Assembly: GCA_964016885.1 (NCBI GenBank)
Contig: OZ024741.1
Span: 187,178,001 to 187,242,000, forward strand
Source of the DNA: Eledone cirrhosa
Taxonomy: Eukaryota
Direction of reading: 5' to 3'
Length of the DNA: 64,000 bases
Shown: positions 15,186-28,835 of the stretch, one piece after another
Layout: the number at the start of each line of letters is the position of its first letter
How positions within the stretch are numbered: the first letter of the stretch is position 1
The notes under the pieces: generated by a model
The model's input: only the letters and a program-made list of their open reading frames with translations
The model's database searches: none
Told to the model about the DNA's origin: nothing
Position numbers and translations under genes: made by a program

Positions 15186-15289
15186 ATCGAAAAAAAAATA
15201 ATAATAATAGTAATAATTAAAAAAAAAATATATATATATATATATATACATGTTTGATTTTGTATCATTCGTGACACAAGTAATAATAC

Positions 15290-15363
<74 letters not shown>

Positions 15364-15470
15364 TTATATATTATTATTATTATTACTTGTGTCATGAATG
15401 ATACAAAGTCAAACATATGTGTATATATATATATATATATTTTTTAAATTATTACTATTATTATTAATTT
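15186..15470. repeat. Inverted duplication (~110-bp arms) centred on (TA)n
   Basis: atgtttgattttgtatcattcgtgacacaagtaataata versus tattattacttgtgtcatgaatgatacaaagtcaaacat. Confidence 0.85.
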
Positions 15471-16095
15471 TTATATATATATTAATTTCAACAATGTCAG
15501 TATTCCGTGTGTGATAATTCTCGATTATCATTGGTTCATAGGTTTCAAACGACTCCGCCCACCTCAGCGACGCCAAACTTAAATTAATATGCATAATTCC
15601 AATGAGGGGGTGAGAGGGGAGAGAGAGGCAAAGTGAACGCTGTGTTTGGATACACTATGTATATGTGTCAGTGTAGAGATTATGTGTGTGTGTGATGTGT
15701 GTGGAAATAAGAAGGGAAGGAAAGCAATAACTATTAACATGTGCGCGTATGTTTATGTGTGTGTATGTGCGTGCAGCGTTCCACAGAAAGTAAAAACTAT
15801 CAACATGTGTGGGTGTGTGCGTGTGTGCGTGTGTGTAAGTGCACGGGTGCGTGTGTAAGTTTGCGTGCGTGTGTGCGTTTCCATGCGTGTATGTGTGTGT
15901 ACGTGCGGCATCCGACAATCCCCACGCAGTTTATCTGTCTGTGTGCCTGTCTGTCAGTCTAACATACACAGAGTTGTTAAGGGAGTAAATAGGGACATTT
16001 TTTTACATTGACGGACATCTTTTATATTAATTATCTATATCTATATTTTAATATAAAAGATATATAATATATAATATATAGATATATAATATATA

Positions 16096-16445
16096 TCTAT
16101 ATATAATATAAAAGATTGGAACTCCCATCATCCTTTTGAGAAACGTGGAACAACCAGGTCTATGCATTGATACACGTTTTACAGCCAGGCAGAAGATGAA
16201 CCATCTCCTAGAGGTCACTATTCTAGGTGGGAGCACCTAGAATTGTTCATATACTACGCACAAACGGTACAACGAAGAATCTGGTATATCTGGAAGATTT
16301 TTGTTGCTGTTTTTTGTATCACACAGACACCACGGACTAGTCTCATACTGTAACCAGACAAACATCCAATCATACAGTCATTTTCTCTTTTATCTGTCTT
16401 CTCTTATCATCCGTTTACCCGGGCGAAGCTGGGTACGTCAGTTAG
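16096..16445 (+). mobile_element. Non-autonomous Helitron with Pif1-helicase fragment
   Basis: 5' TCTATATATAATATAAAAG; 16112 onward reads KIGTPIILLRNVEQPGLCIDTRF...LLEVTILGG (Helitron helicase PI.LLRN...LCNGTR motif); 3' hairpin ACCCGG gcgaag CTGGGT then TTAG. Confidence 0.75.
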
Positions 16446-16455
16446 TATATATATA

Positions 16456-16500
<45 letters not shown>

Positions 16501-16548
16501 ATATATGTATATATATGTGTGTGTGTACGTGTTTGTGTGTATGTGTAT

Positions 16549-16600
<52 letters not shown>

Positions 16601-16646
16601 CACACACGCGCGCGCGCACACACACACACACACACACGCGCGTGCG

Positions 16647-16697
<51 letters not shown>

Positions 16698-16734
16698 ACA
16701 TACACAACGCGCACACATATTTATATATTAACAA

Positions 16735-17070
16735 TTAACGGTGCTGCGATTGAATGTGACTTTTCAGCCCAACCAATGATCTAAAATGTCTTGCACAGCG
16801 TTGGCAAGCAAAACGTTCACTGGCAGTAGCCGGCTGTAGTTGGTCTTCATGTACTTTTGCATATCATTTGAGCCCTCCTCCTGATCTACATTCTCTTCCC
16901 TATTCTTGACAAGTGTGATGAGCAGCATCTGAACCACTGGTCTCATTTTATAACTGCGAAGATGACTTTCGAGTCCAGCTTTGCTGAGGCAGGGTCTCGT
17001 ACAGACGCTGCATAACAGCGACATAGGATAGGAGGACCTTCGCTGCATGGAAATGCATCAGCAATGCCTT
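16735..17070 (-). mobile_element. RTE LINE 3' fragment with C2H2 zinc fingers
   Basis: CSVCTRPCLSKAGLESHLRS and FACQRCARHFRSLVGLKSHI, typical of RTE C-termini. Confidence 0.65.
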
Positions 17071-17085
17071 ACATACATACATACA

Positions 17086-17494
17086 TGGTGGCTGCCAACT
17101 CGTTTTCAAGTACGGCCACTACTTTATATCCATGTAAGAGAACCCTTACCGATGCGCTGAACGAGTGTGACTTTTTAGTCCAGCCATCGACTTGAAAACT
17201 CTGGTACAAACACTACACGTGTGACAATTATTGACACATAGTGCTGGGCCCATGGTACCATGTAACGACAAGTGCAGAGAGATCTCCAGATATAAAGCAA
17301 TGCCTGTGCCGTGAAGCTTTTATAGTGAGCAAAGGCACTGCACAAAGCCAGTCCCACTCTCTTAAGCAAGATGGTATTTACCAAAAAGAAGAACAAGTCA
17401 ACATCATTGGATACCATCAGGGTTGCAGATGTTATATCAGTTTTCCTTCTCCTAGAATTTTGCCTTGACAAAGGTGAAGGGGTCATCTCTCCCA
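17086..17494 (-). mobile_element. Non-autonomous RTE-derived element (5'-truncated)
   Basis: Copy of 22217-22626; (CATA)n on both sides. Confidence 0.85.
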
Positions 17495-18142
17495 AACATA
17501 CATACATACATACATATATACATGCAATCCCGAAGAGACAATACACATTCAAACGAATATGAACATACATTCATACATACATACATACATTCATACATAC
17601 ATACATACATACATACATACATACATACATACATACATACATACATACATACATACATACATACATACATACATACATACACACCTACATACATACATAC
17701 GTATGTACGTAAGTAGATACGTACATGCATGCATGCATCATACATACATACATACATACATACATACATACATACATACATACATACATACATACATACA
17801 TACATACATACATACATACACACCTACATACATACATACGTATGTACGTAAGTAGATACGTACATGCATGCATGAATCATACATACATAGTTAGCTGTGT
17901 AGTAAACTGCAAAAATATATGTATGTACGCACTTAAGCACATACATATACACATACATACACACACATACGTACATACATACATTCGTACGTACGTACAT
18001 ACATACAAACATACATACATACAAACATGCATACATATATACATACATACGCACATACATGCATACATACATACATACATACATACATACATACATACAT
18101 ACATACATACATACATACATACATACATACATACATACATAC

Positions 18143-21100
18143 AAACACAGTCAACGTCATCAGTCGCATATTTTGGCGTGGGAGACTATTTATTAAATTT
18201 AAGATGAATACTATCTCCGACAGTAATGCCATAACTACTGTCATGTTGAATAACTGGTTATTCTTCTAACTATATCTTCTGAAGACACCTTTTATTCGAA
18301 TTCGTAGAGATATCCGACTAAATACATAATTCATTTTACAAGGATTTGCTACAAACAGCATGGCTGAACACAACATCAACAACAGAATTAAGGAAGTACC
18401 GAAGACAAATAACAGGGAAGGTAAACAAACTTTATTCAGTAGTAGCTACAGAGGAAACCGAAATTATAAATCGCATTTCTCTTGGAGTTGTGAACTTAAT
18501 AATGATTTATTTAATTGTTATAAAATGGCAAAGAACAATCCCTCCATTGGCTATATGAACAGAATGAAGCTACACTGGGACGAAATACACCCAGAGCTAA
18601 ATTATTTCACATAGAAACAATTATGCCAACAAGCGACGTTTGTTGAACGCAAAAATAAGATAAATATTATTAATTGTAAGTCCCCCCACAACAAACATGT
18701 TATCAACAAAATGTGCTACAGGTCGCCATTCTACTAGACTTCCTAGCAGCCAGGTCGAACAAAGCCTTGAAACAACTATGCCTGTAAGAAACTTGACACC
18801 ACCTGTACCATCTAAGTCTACCTCGAATGCTGGGGAAAACACTATCGATAATAATAATAATCGCAGAAATAATAATAATAATCGAAGAAATTTGACACCA
18901 CGTGTACCATCCGAGTCTACCTCGACTGTTGTGGAAAATACTATCGATAATGATAATAATCAAAAGTATAAACAATTGAAATTTTCCCTCAACGAAATCT
19001 TCCAGAGAGAAATTAATTCATGTATAAATATTTCTCTTTGCTGAACGTATTAAAACGACAATGTTTAATAAAAAACCAAATAATGAAATATTACGTGTTA
19101 TTGACGAAATAGGGGATGAAAATTTACGTCAGATAAAAACCCCAACATGTTGGCAAATCAACGCCTGTTTATATACCTTAGCAACGACAGTGAAGCATCA
19201 TCTTGGTGATAGCAGAGATATTAACAAGAACAGAACACCACCAAAAATACCATCATATATAACTAAAATAGAAAAAAACATAGGATATGTGACAATGCTC
19301 CTTACATGCAAACAAACACAAAAAAATTCACTCCTCACCAACAAAGAGTGAAAAATAAAATAGAGACGATGTTTGGTAACAGTAGAACCAGAACTCTCCA
19401 ATATAAGCTAATCATCCTCAAACAAGAATTGAGAGCTGTTAGCGAAAAACGCCCATACCTGAAGAAGGTAGATGAGAGAAAAGTGCTTAATAAAAGATTT
19501 AGATGAAACCAAACACCAGTCTATAGAGATATGGAGGGCAAAATAATAAGTGTCACTGAGGCCCCATCCAAGAAAGACATAAATATGGGGTGAAAAGAAG
19601 AATATCAACCAAGATGCAGTGTGGTTAAGAAAAATCCGAAAGAACTATTGCTCCTACACTGCAACAAAAACATACGAAATAAGTGAGGGTACCCTTGAGA
19701 CTGTGATAGGAAAACTCCAAGATAAGAAAACACCAGGAAGAGACATGATTGTCGGCTACTGGTACAACAAACTGATATTCTAGCGGAGGTATCTTACTGA
19801 TCTCTACCAACAAGTTCTTAAGGGAGATACACTTATACCAGAATGGTTGACATTAGCACAAACATTACTGGTCCGCAAGAACAAAGACACCCACTTGGCA
19901 AAAAAACTACCGACCCATTGCATGCCAGAACCTGATGTATAAGATGTATACAGCCTGCCTGAACCTATTCCTCCAAGATCACTGAGCGAATAATAACATC
20001 ATCACAGATGAACAAGCAGCTGGAAATAAAGGGGTTTGGGGATGTGCTGAACAATTCCTAATCAACAAAACTGCGATGTCGGAGGTGCGACAACTTAGGA
20101 GGAATATGGCTACAGTCTGGCTGGACTACAGGAAAGCTTTCGATTCTGTTCCCCACTTTTGGATGATAGAGGACCTCCAACCTGCTAAAGTTCCAGACAT
20201 TATTGTCAGAGCCATAGAGAGGCTATCTTCTTCTTGGGCTACTATCCTAAGGTTAAAGACAGAGAGGGAGGACTCTATTTTCACTGATAAAATAAAATAT
20301 TGCAGGGGTGTATTTCGGGGGGACAGTCTCTCTGTGATATTATTCATCTTGTCATTAAACCCCTTGTCCTTTCTGCTCAAGAAATGTGAGGGATACATCA
20401 TTGGCTCAGAGGAGGACAGAAATACGAACCTAACCCATGATTTCTTTGTGGACGATCTGAAACTCTATACCAAGAATATGGATGGGATGAAGAAAAATCT
20501 TGGCCTGCTTACAACGTTCTCAAAGGATATAGCAATGGAGTTTGGCCAAGATAAATGCTCATATATGACTGTAAAGCGGGGAAAAACAACAACCCAATCT
20601 AGCAACATTGTCATCAATGGCTTAACTGTTTCACCGATATCTGATGAGGACTACTACAGATACCTTGGGATAGATGAGAACATATCCTATAATGGTATCT
20701 GTAATAAAGAACGCGTATCCAGGGAATACTACACCCGATTAAGAAAGATCTGGTCATCGGAACTCTCTGCGCAAAACAAAACAGTGGCTCACAATGTGTT
20801 TGCTGTTCCTGTCCTAACACCAACGTTTGGAATACTCAATTGAACGATAGACGAAATCCGAGCACTTGATGTTGGAACTCGAAAAATACTAAACAACACC
20901 GGAAACTTCCACATCAACAGTGACACAGACCGCCTTTACTTGAAATGTAAGCAGGGAGGCAGGGGCCTAACATCAGTCCAGATAACATTTGAATGTCGCA
21001 TCATATCTCTTCGACAACATCTACGAACCTCGAAGCGTTTCTCAGGCAAGTCTATCTGCATGAAACAGATAGATCATGAGATATTCCCTGTGTGCTAATC

Positions 21101-22207
21101 AAAAACTCACACCCAGGGAAGTCGCTCAGCAGTATCGCAGTGAATCCATGGATGAAAAACTGCATACTTATCAGAAAAAAATCATGCATGGATATGTTGC
21201 CAGAATGCTCTAGAGTGAGAGAAATATGAATAATGAAGGTAGTTTATCTGGACCAACAACCGCTATATTGGCTCCCACTTTGAAGGATACGCTTTTGCAA
21301 TCCAAGAACAGGAGATTAAGACGAAATACCTGATTCACAAAAGAGATAGGGATGCAGGCAAAACACTTAGATGTGATAACAAGTGCAGACTCTGCAGAAC
21401 TAACATCGAGGATATCACTCATCTCATCAGCAGCTGTCCAAAGTTTTCATCGCGGTACTATCTACTTATGAGGCATGATGTAGTGGCCAAAACACTGTAC
21501 AATGCAGTTCGTAAAAAAGATTGCCCCGATAATAAACACATTAAAAGCTATAGCAATGTGGAAGACATCCATGTACATAATATAAAAGAGTACTGGTGGA
21601 TGTTCAAGTAAAAACCCCAATAAAATGCAGGCATAACAGACCAGATATTATGATATGGGACAGGGAGAAGATAGCATGCACAGTAGTGGAAATTAGCTGC
21701 CCAGCAGATGCCAATATAATATCAAAGATTAGTGAAAAGGAGAATATTTATGCAGAACTGATGAGAAATATGCAGATACTCCACCCTGATTACACCTTCA
21801 GATTTATGCCTGTGATTATTGGGGCCCTGGAGTATGTTAGTAACTGCCTCAATACAAATCTTGAGAAGCTAGGCTTCACAGGAACAGAAAGAACACAACT
21901 AGTTAGTAAATTACAAGTACAATCCATTAATGGAACAATAAAAATATGTAAAACATTCCAAAAATGTTGCATCTAATAACTGCATATACACATGTACAGA
22001 TACAAAGGATAAACACATGCACATATACAACTGAAAACATCCACATCCACACATACAATAACATCCATATCTACACATGCATGCAGGCATACATAATCTA
22101 CCTAGTTGATGTTGTATAAATTTCAATGAGAGAGTCTTGTGTCTATGTTAGAAACCGACTCTCTCTCAATTGGTAAAAAATTGGTGAAATTATAAAACGA
22201 GAAGAAC
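18143..22207 (+). mobile_element. Dong/R4-type non-LTR retrotransposon, full-length, decayed
   Basis: Same 5' and 3' ends as 9599-13080; Myb-like domain, RT (WLDYRKAFDS, FFVDDLK), CCHC (CRLC..IEDITHLISSC), RHD and RPDI..VEISCP endonuclease. Inserted in (CATA)n. Confidence 0.95.
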
Positions 22208-22216
22208 ATACATACA

Positions 22217-22826
22217 TGGTGGTTGCCAACTCGTTCTCGAGTACGGCCACTACTTTATATCCATGTAGGAGAACCCCTACCGATGCGCTATACAAGTGTG
22301 ACTTTTTAGTCCAGCCAGCGACTTGAAAACTCTGGTACAAACATAACACCTGTAACAATTATTGACACATAGTGCTGGGCCCATGGTACCATGTGACGAC
22401 AAGTGCAGAGAGATCTCCAGATATAAAGCAATGCTTGTGCCGTGAAGCTTTAATACTGAGCAAAGGCACTGCACAAAGCCAGTCCCACTCTCTTAACGAA
22501 GATGATATTTACCAAAAAGAAGAACAAGTCAACATCATTGGATACCATCAGGGTTGCAGGTGTTATATCAGAGTTTTCCTTCTCTTAGAATTCTGCCTTG
22601 ACAAAGGCTAAGGGGTCATCTCTCCCGGTGATTTTGGATGGCCATTGATTCTTAAGAGTTCATTTGCTCTTTGACAGGTTTTGTTTTTAGTCCTGCAGGA
22701 TGTCCAAAGTCACCCTCCTCACCAAGGAACCTTGGTGGGGTTGCCAGGTTAGTCGCCAACGACCCGACCATGGGACAGGTTGTACTGGAATACATGTTAC
22801 CAGTAGCACCAACTGGTGACCTGACA
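22217..22826 (-). mobile_element. Bipartite non-autonomous RTE-derived element (5' UTR-like part + zinc-finger 3' end), longest copy of the 9071/17086 subfamily
   Basis: Minus strand CYVCTRVFKSLAGLKSHTCIAH, then RTE-like 3' end ctcgagaacgagttggcaacc and (TATG)n; no RT. Confidence 0.8.
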
Positions 22827-22944
22827 TAATAAAAACATACATACATACATACATGCATACATACATACATACATACATACATACATACATACATACATAC
22901 ATACATACATACATACATACATACATACATACATACATACATAC

Positions 22945-25272
22945 AGAAAATGTCGAATAGGAAATCGCTAGGCCCAGACCTCATTACAGGATACTGGTTG
23001 AAGAATTTCACTTTCTATCGGCAAGATCTCATACGGCTGTTTACAGAAACCATTAAAGGCACACAAGAACTGCCCAGATGGTTATCAACTGCCACTACTC
23101 TCTTCATTCCCCAAAATAGCCAAACCCCCCTTGCTAAAAATTACCGCCCAATAGCCTGCCAAAACATCATGTATAAATTATATACTGGGTGCCTTAACCT
23201 GTTCTTACAGGATCACTGTGCTACCAACAACATCATAACACCTGAGCAAGCTGATGGAAAGAGGGAGGTGTGGAGTTGCATAGATCACCTACTAACTAAT
23301 AAAGTGATTCAAGAAAAAACAACAAAGAATCGCAGAAACATGACTGTGGTGTGGCTGGACTATCAAAAAGTATTTGATAGTGTACCTCATGGGTGGATTG
23401 TTAAGGCTTTACAGTTAGCCAAAGTCCCACAACCACTGGTTGTTGCTGTTGAACGTCTGACCAAGAACTGGTACACCAATTTGATCCTTAGAGGTGAGAA
23501 GGAGCAAGTTAAGACTGATAAGATACATTACCAGAAGGTCTTCTTTCAGGGTGATAGCTTGTCAGTACTACTCTTCGTTCTCTCTCTAAATCCACTATCT
23601 TACCTACTCAGGAAACAAGGTTGACAAAGAAGTGGGTCCAGAAGTGTCACCCATCTTTTCTTTGTTGATGACCTGAAGTTGTATGGGCCAAATATCAATG
23701 ACATCAAGAAACAATTGGACCTCATTACACAATTTTCAACAGACATCAAAATGAAATTTGGTGAGTCCAAGTGTGCATATTTGGCAGTAAAATGTGGAAG
23801 AGCTGTACCCTCCTCTAGAAATCTAGAGATGAACGGCCTGACAATACAACCTCTGCAGTCAGGTGACAACTACAGATATCTTGGACAGGATGAGAATGTC
23901 AGATATGATGGACCCATAAATAAGGAAACAACCAGAACTGAATACCTCAGAAGAGTAAAGAAAATATGGTCATCAGAACTGTCAGCATACAACAAATACA
24001 TTGGCCACAATACTTATGCTGTGCCAATTCTAACGCCAACATTTGGCCTGCTGAACTGGTCATTGCAAGAACTAAGTGAGATAGATGTTAGAACTCGCAA
24101 ACTTCTCAGTGTTACTGGGAACTTTAACATCAATGGTGATGTGGATAGGCTATACTTCTCACGCAAGGTAGGTGGCCCGGGGCTAAAATCCATATTAACA
24201 TCATATGAGACCCGGATAGTAACACTGAAGCAACATCTTCAACAGAGGAAAAAGGTTGGCAACCATCTTGCCCAGGTTTATGAGCAGGAAAAAAAAATAT
24301 CATTAGAATAGCGACTGATCTGGAGGAGAGATATGGAATAAAGCCTGATATAAATATCTCACCCAGAGAAATCGGAAGATCCCATTCAATGTTCAAACAA
24401 GATGAAAAAATTGACCAATTTACAGAAAGAGTTGTGTATTGATACTTGAGACGTAAAACACAGACCATAGAGGGGATAAAAACTCAAAAAGCCTGGCATG
24501 GAGTTCCGACAGGTTTGTGACATCACACCTTGAGGGATATCTCTATGCAATACAGGAACAAGAACTCCCTACCAAATATCTGCTGCACAAAATGGGAGGG
24601 CCATCAGCTGACAATAAATGTAGGCTATGTAAAACAAAGATCGAGGATGTAAGCCACATTGTTGCCAGCTGCGAAAGAATGTCATCTCACTACTACCTCC
24701 CCATGAGACACGATTGGATAGCTAGAACCATTTGGAACGCACTTCGGAAAACAAAATTAACAACAAACGATGAAGAATATATTGAGACAGATGGCACTAA
24801 GGAATACTGGTGGAACCTGAAAATAAAAACTGCCACCAAATTAAAGCACAACCGGCCTGATATTGTTGTTTGGGACCACACATTGAAAACGTGTTCTGTT
24901 GTGGAATTAAGCTACCCACTTGATGTAAACGTTGTCAGAAAAATACAGGAGAAGGAGGACATCTACGGACCATTGATGAGGAGTTTACAAATCCAGTATC
25001 CAAGATACACCTTTAGCTTCATACCCATCATTATTGGAGCTACGGGTTATATACCAACCCGCTAGGACCAAAGTATGACTGAACTTGGATTTGCGGACAA
25101 AGAGCGCAGCTCCCTAATTCATAGTCTACAAATGGCTGCGATAGCTGACACCTTCAAAATTTACAAAACATTCTTGCGATTCAAGGGATGACAATTTCTT
25201 TTCTTTTACAACCTTGCCACCAGGAAGGTGGCCGGTCAAAAAAATATACTCGAAATTAAGAGAAAGAGATAA
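22945..25272 (+). mobile_element. Dong/R4-type LINE, second family, 5'-truncated
   Basis: ORFs 22950-23624, 23679-24311, 24517-25065: NYRPIAC, WLDYQKVFDS, FQGDSLS, FVDDLK, CRLC..SHIVASC, RHD, NRPDIVVWD. (CATA)n on both sides. Confidence 0.95.
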
Positions 25273-25558
25273 CATACATACATACATACACACATACATA
25301 CTTGCAGTTTTCTGCACAGCTAACATGCAGATATTCTCCATGCTCGCTAAATAAGATGTATAGCAAGAAAAGAAAGTGAGAAAGAGGAAGGGGGGAAAGA
25401 GAAAGAGAAGGTGAATGTGTGTGTTTGTATCTAAAAATAGACATTAATGGCAACTGTTGGTAAGACCGAAATAATCGATAGAGGTATTTGACTAACAGGT
25501 AATGTTTATATATATATATATCTGTGTGTGTCTGTGTATGTGCGCGTGTGTGGGTATT

Positions 25559-25601
<43 letters not shown>

Positions 25602-25603
<2 letters not shown>

Positions 25604-25794
25604 CGAAGGAAATGTGGTAAGGAACCAAGTGGACCATAACGCACCAAAGTACTCAATACTTAGGGTAGTAGAGTGGGTAATAGGAACCAGTAAGACCCCG
25701 ACGGCTGAGCTCAAGCCGTTTCGACGGCTAATTCTGGTCTGAATTAGCCGTCGAAACGGCTTGAGCTCAGCCGTCGGGGTCTTACTGGTTCCTA
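25602..25794 (-). mobile_element. Short fold-back element with 54-bp perfect inverted repeat and 3' half of a hammerhead
   Basis: Arms 25681-25734 and 25741-25794; GAAA-CGGCT tgagctc AGCCG-TC-GGGGTC. Second copy at 53864-54056. (TA)n flanks. Confidence 0.85.
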
Positions 25795-25798
25795 TATA

Positions 25799-25837
<39 letters not shown>

Positions 25838-25841
<4 letters not shown>

Positions 25842-25972
25842 CTGATTATTTCTAAAGAATGAAACAGTTCTAATCCTGTAGAATCTCATCTATATTAAAA
25901 CTTTTTATACTCTGCTATGTATTGAGTACCTTACTTACTGTGGTTACCTCCGATTCAACCCGGAATAACGTA
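25838..25972 (+). mobile_element. Short hammerhead element (core CTGATTA, G8U variant), copy of 57851-57983
   Basis: attc-CTGATTA-tTTC taaa GAAt-GAAA-CAG ttctaatc CTG-TA-gaat. Confidence 0.8.
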
Positions 25973-25973
25973 G

Positions 25974-26020
<47 letters not shown>

Positions 26021-26109
26021 ATGTATATATATACATATATACATAGATATACTCATATATTTACATATACGTATATATACATATATACATACATACACAT
26101 ATTGATAGA

Positions 26110-26148
<39 letters not shown>

Positions 26149-26182
26149 TATCGATATATATATATATAAATATACATATATA

Positions 26183-26237
<55 letters not shown>

Positions 26238-26479
26238 TTTCGAAGATTGTTTTTCGTTATTTCGTGGGCCGAAGTTCCGAATCTCGATAATTTTATTTGT
26301 ATATATATATATATATTTATATCGATATAAATATATATATACATATGTATGCAAAGTTTTATTTAAATTGTTCGGTTACAACGAGTAAATATTTATAACT
26401 GATATAAAAGCACTCAACAAGTATTTGGAGTATATTTACGATATTAAATAAATGGAAACTATATTTATAAAACCATATT

Positions 26480-26545
26480 TATTTCATTATATATATTTCA
26501 GGGATATCATATTAAAAATATGGTATGCCTTCATCAGACAAAATA
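26480..26545 (-). ncRNA. Type I hammerhead ribozyme motif
   Basis: Mirror copy of 26702-26767. Confidence 0.8.
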
Positions 26546-26701
26546 CAATATAAACAGTCTTATAAATAGATAGATTTGACATACCTTACAACTTCAACTT
26601 CCATTTAAAAAGTTTTAAATCAACTTAAAATCAACTTTTTAAATGGAAGTTGAAGTTGTAAGGTATGTCAAATCTATCTATTTATAAGACTGTTTATATT
26701 G

Positions 26702-26767
26702 TATTTTGTCTGATGAAGGCATACCATATTTTTAATATGATATCCCTGAAATATATATAATGAAATA
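26702..26767 (+). ncRNA. Type I hammerhead ribozyme motif
   Basis: TATTTTGT-CTGATGA-AGGcATAcCATATT ttt AATATGaTATcCCT-GAAA-TATATA-TA-ATGAAATA; 8-bp stem I with two G-U pairs. Confidence 0.8.
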
Positions 26768-27037
26768 AATATGGTTTTATAAATATAGTTTCCATTTATT
26801 TAATATCGTATATACATATGTATATATATATGTAAACTTTTATATGTAATAATCTCCCATTAGGTTGAGATACAAATTTGGCTGTATTGTGCTGTGCTTT
26901 CTAGCAAAAATGCCACCAGTCGTAAGCAACTACCACACCCCTTCCAACCTGACCGCAACTACGTCACGATTCTTAGCCATTTTGAATGAATTCTTGGCGC
27001 GATCACTTTGGAAAATTTAGTGTCTAGATAAGATCAA

Positions 27038-27125
27038 ATCTCCTGATGAATCCGGTGCTCGGGTTTATATAATTATTACATAATTATTGGAAAGCTCAAA
27101 AGGCGGATGAAACCATGGTAGAGGT
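27038..27125 (+). ncRNA. Type I hammerhead ribozyme motif with long stem II loop
   Basis: ATCTC-CTGATGA-ATCCG (49 nt) CGGAT-GAAA-CCATGG-TA-GAGGT. Confidence 0.82.
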
Positions 27126-27611
27126 ATTTAAATGTATTCTATTTTCTCCTAGTTTATTTTACACCTAATTCTGTTTAGTTGACTGTATCTGGGCGATTAC
27201 GCTGTCGAAATATTCGATAAATATTCCGTTGCGGCCGACGCGAAGGGCTAGATTCGGTTATTTTTTGAAGATTTCTTCATAGAAGCCTCATTCTTATAGC
27301 CTGGTCTATTCGATTTTTTATATAGTTAATTATGCTAATTGAGAGAGGAAATGGTGTATATTTTATCTTGTGATTCTATAGATATGTTTTATGATATATG
27401 TAAATATATATATATATAGAGAGAGAGAGAGGGCATGTGTGTGTGTGTCTCTGTGTCAGAGAGTGTGAACAGCCACACATACATGTTTCTGTAGAATGTG
27501 TTACACAACAGAATTGTAAATGTATGGTTGGTTAGGTAATATTTGGAGCATGAACGCAAACTGATTTACTGCTTGAAACAGTAGTAGTAACAACAGCAGC
27601 AGCAGCAATGG

Positions 27612-27964
<353 letters not shown>

Positions 27965-28064
27965 CATTGATATTGCCAGGCTAAGTAACAGCCACTCAAG
28001 CGTTGTCGGTTCCATTTCACTACACGTATTATACATAATAATTTCTATCATTAAATAAAGTTTG

Positions 28065-28835
28065 ATTGATTGGCAGAATCGTTTGAGCGTTGGACAAATT
28101 CCTTTGCTGTATTTATTCTGGTTCTATACGTTCTGAGCTCAAGTTTACTACATCGTTAATCCTTCCGGAGAAAATGGAAAGAAGCAGCAGTGAAGTACTG
28201 GATCAATGTAATCGACTTTCCTTATATCTAAATCAAAACCTGTTACTAAATATGATGTTCAAAGTAATTAAAATAGAACATTTCTTTGCGTTCCTTTACT
28301 TTTTGTGTTCAAATGGTGCCTTTCGTCCTTCTGGTGCCATTAAAATATAAGTCTAATATGCTGCTAGGATCGATGAAATACTCATCTCTTACCTACCCAA
28401 ACCTGCAATTATCCCTATGTTAGAAATCATTATTTAGATAGGGTAGTGGATTGGCAGTATCGGTAGAGGGTTGGACACCATGCTTTGATGCATTGAGTTA
28501 CGGCCTTTGCCATTCTGAGTTCAAATCCCCCCCGAGGTTAACTTTGCCTTTCATCTTTACGGGGTCGATAAAATAAAGTACCAGTAATACACTGGGATAA
28601 TTGCTGGCCTTGTGCCAAAAGTAGAAAAAATTATTATGGGCGATGGATTGGCAGTATCGGTAGAGTGTCAGACACCATGCTTTGCAGCATAGACTTACGG
28701 CCCTTTACGATCTGAATTCAAATCCCGCCAAGGTTAGCTTAGTCTTTCACCTTACGGGGAAGTGAAGAAATGATTTAATCGACTTTCTCATCCCCAAAAA
28801 TTGCTGGACTTGTGCCTATAGTAGAAATCATTATT
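28065..28835 (+). mobile_element. Cluster of tandem tRNA-head SINEs (young copies 28441-28635 and 28638-28835, older remnants upstream)
   Basis: tggattggcagtatcggtagag...gagttcaaatccc...ggggtcgataaaataaagtacc...ttgtgcc.aaagtagaaa + (TTA). Confidence 0.85.

Larger units (their letters stand above)
26437..26810. repeat. 178-bp perfect inverted repeat (18-nt spacer); element extends left to ~26350
   Basis: 26437-26614 is the reverse complement of 26633-26810. Confidence 0.95.

Noticed and set aside
22735-22826. HDV-like ribozyme at the 5' end of the RTE derivative (minus strand GG-GTCG ttgg CGAC-TAA-CCTGG)
   Set aside because: P4/J4-2-like part present, but P1, P2 and P3 could not be built consistently, and the 52270-52355 copy does not preserve it; needs a covariance search.
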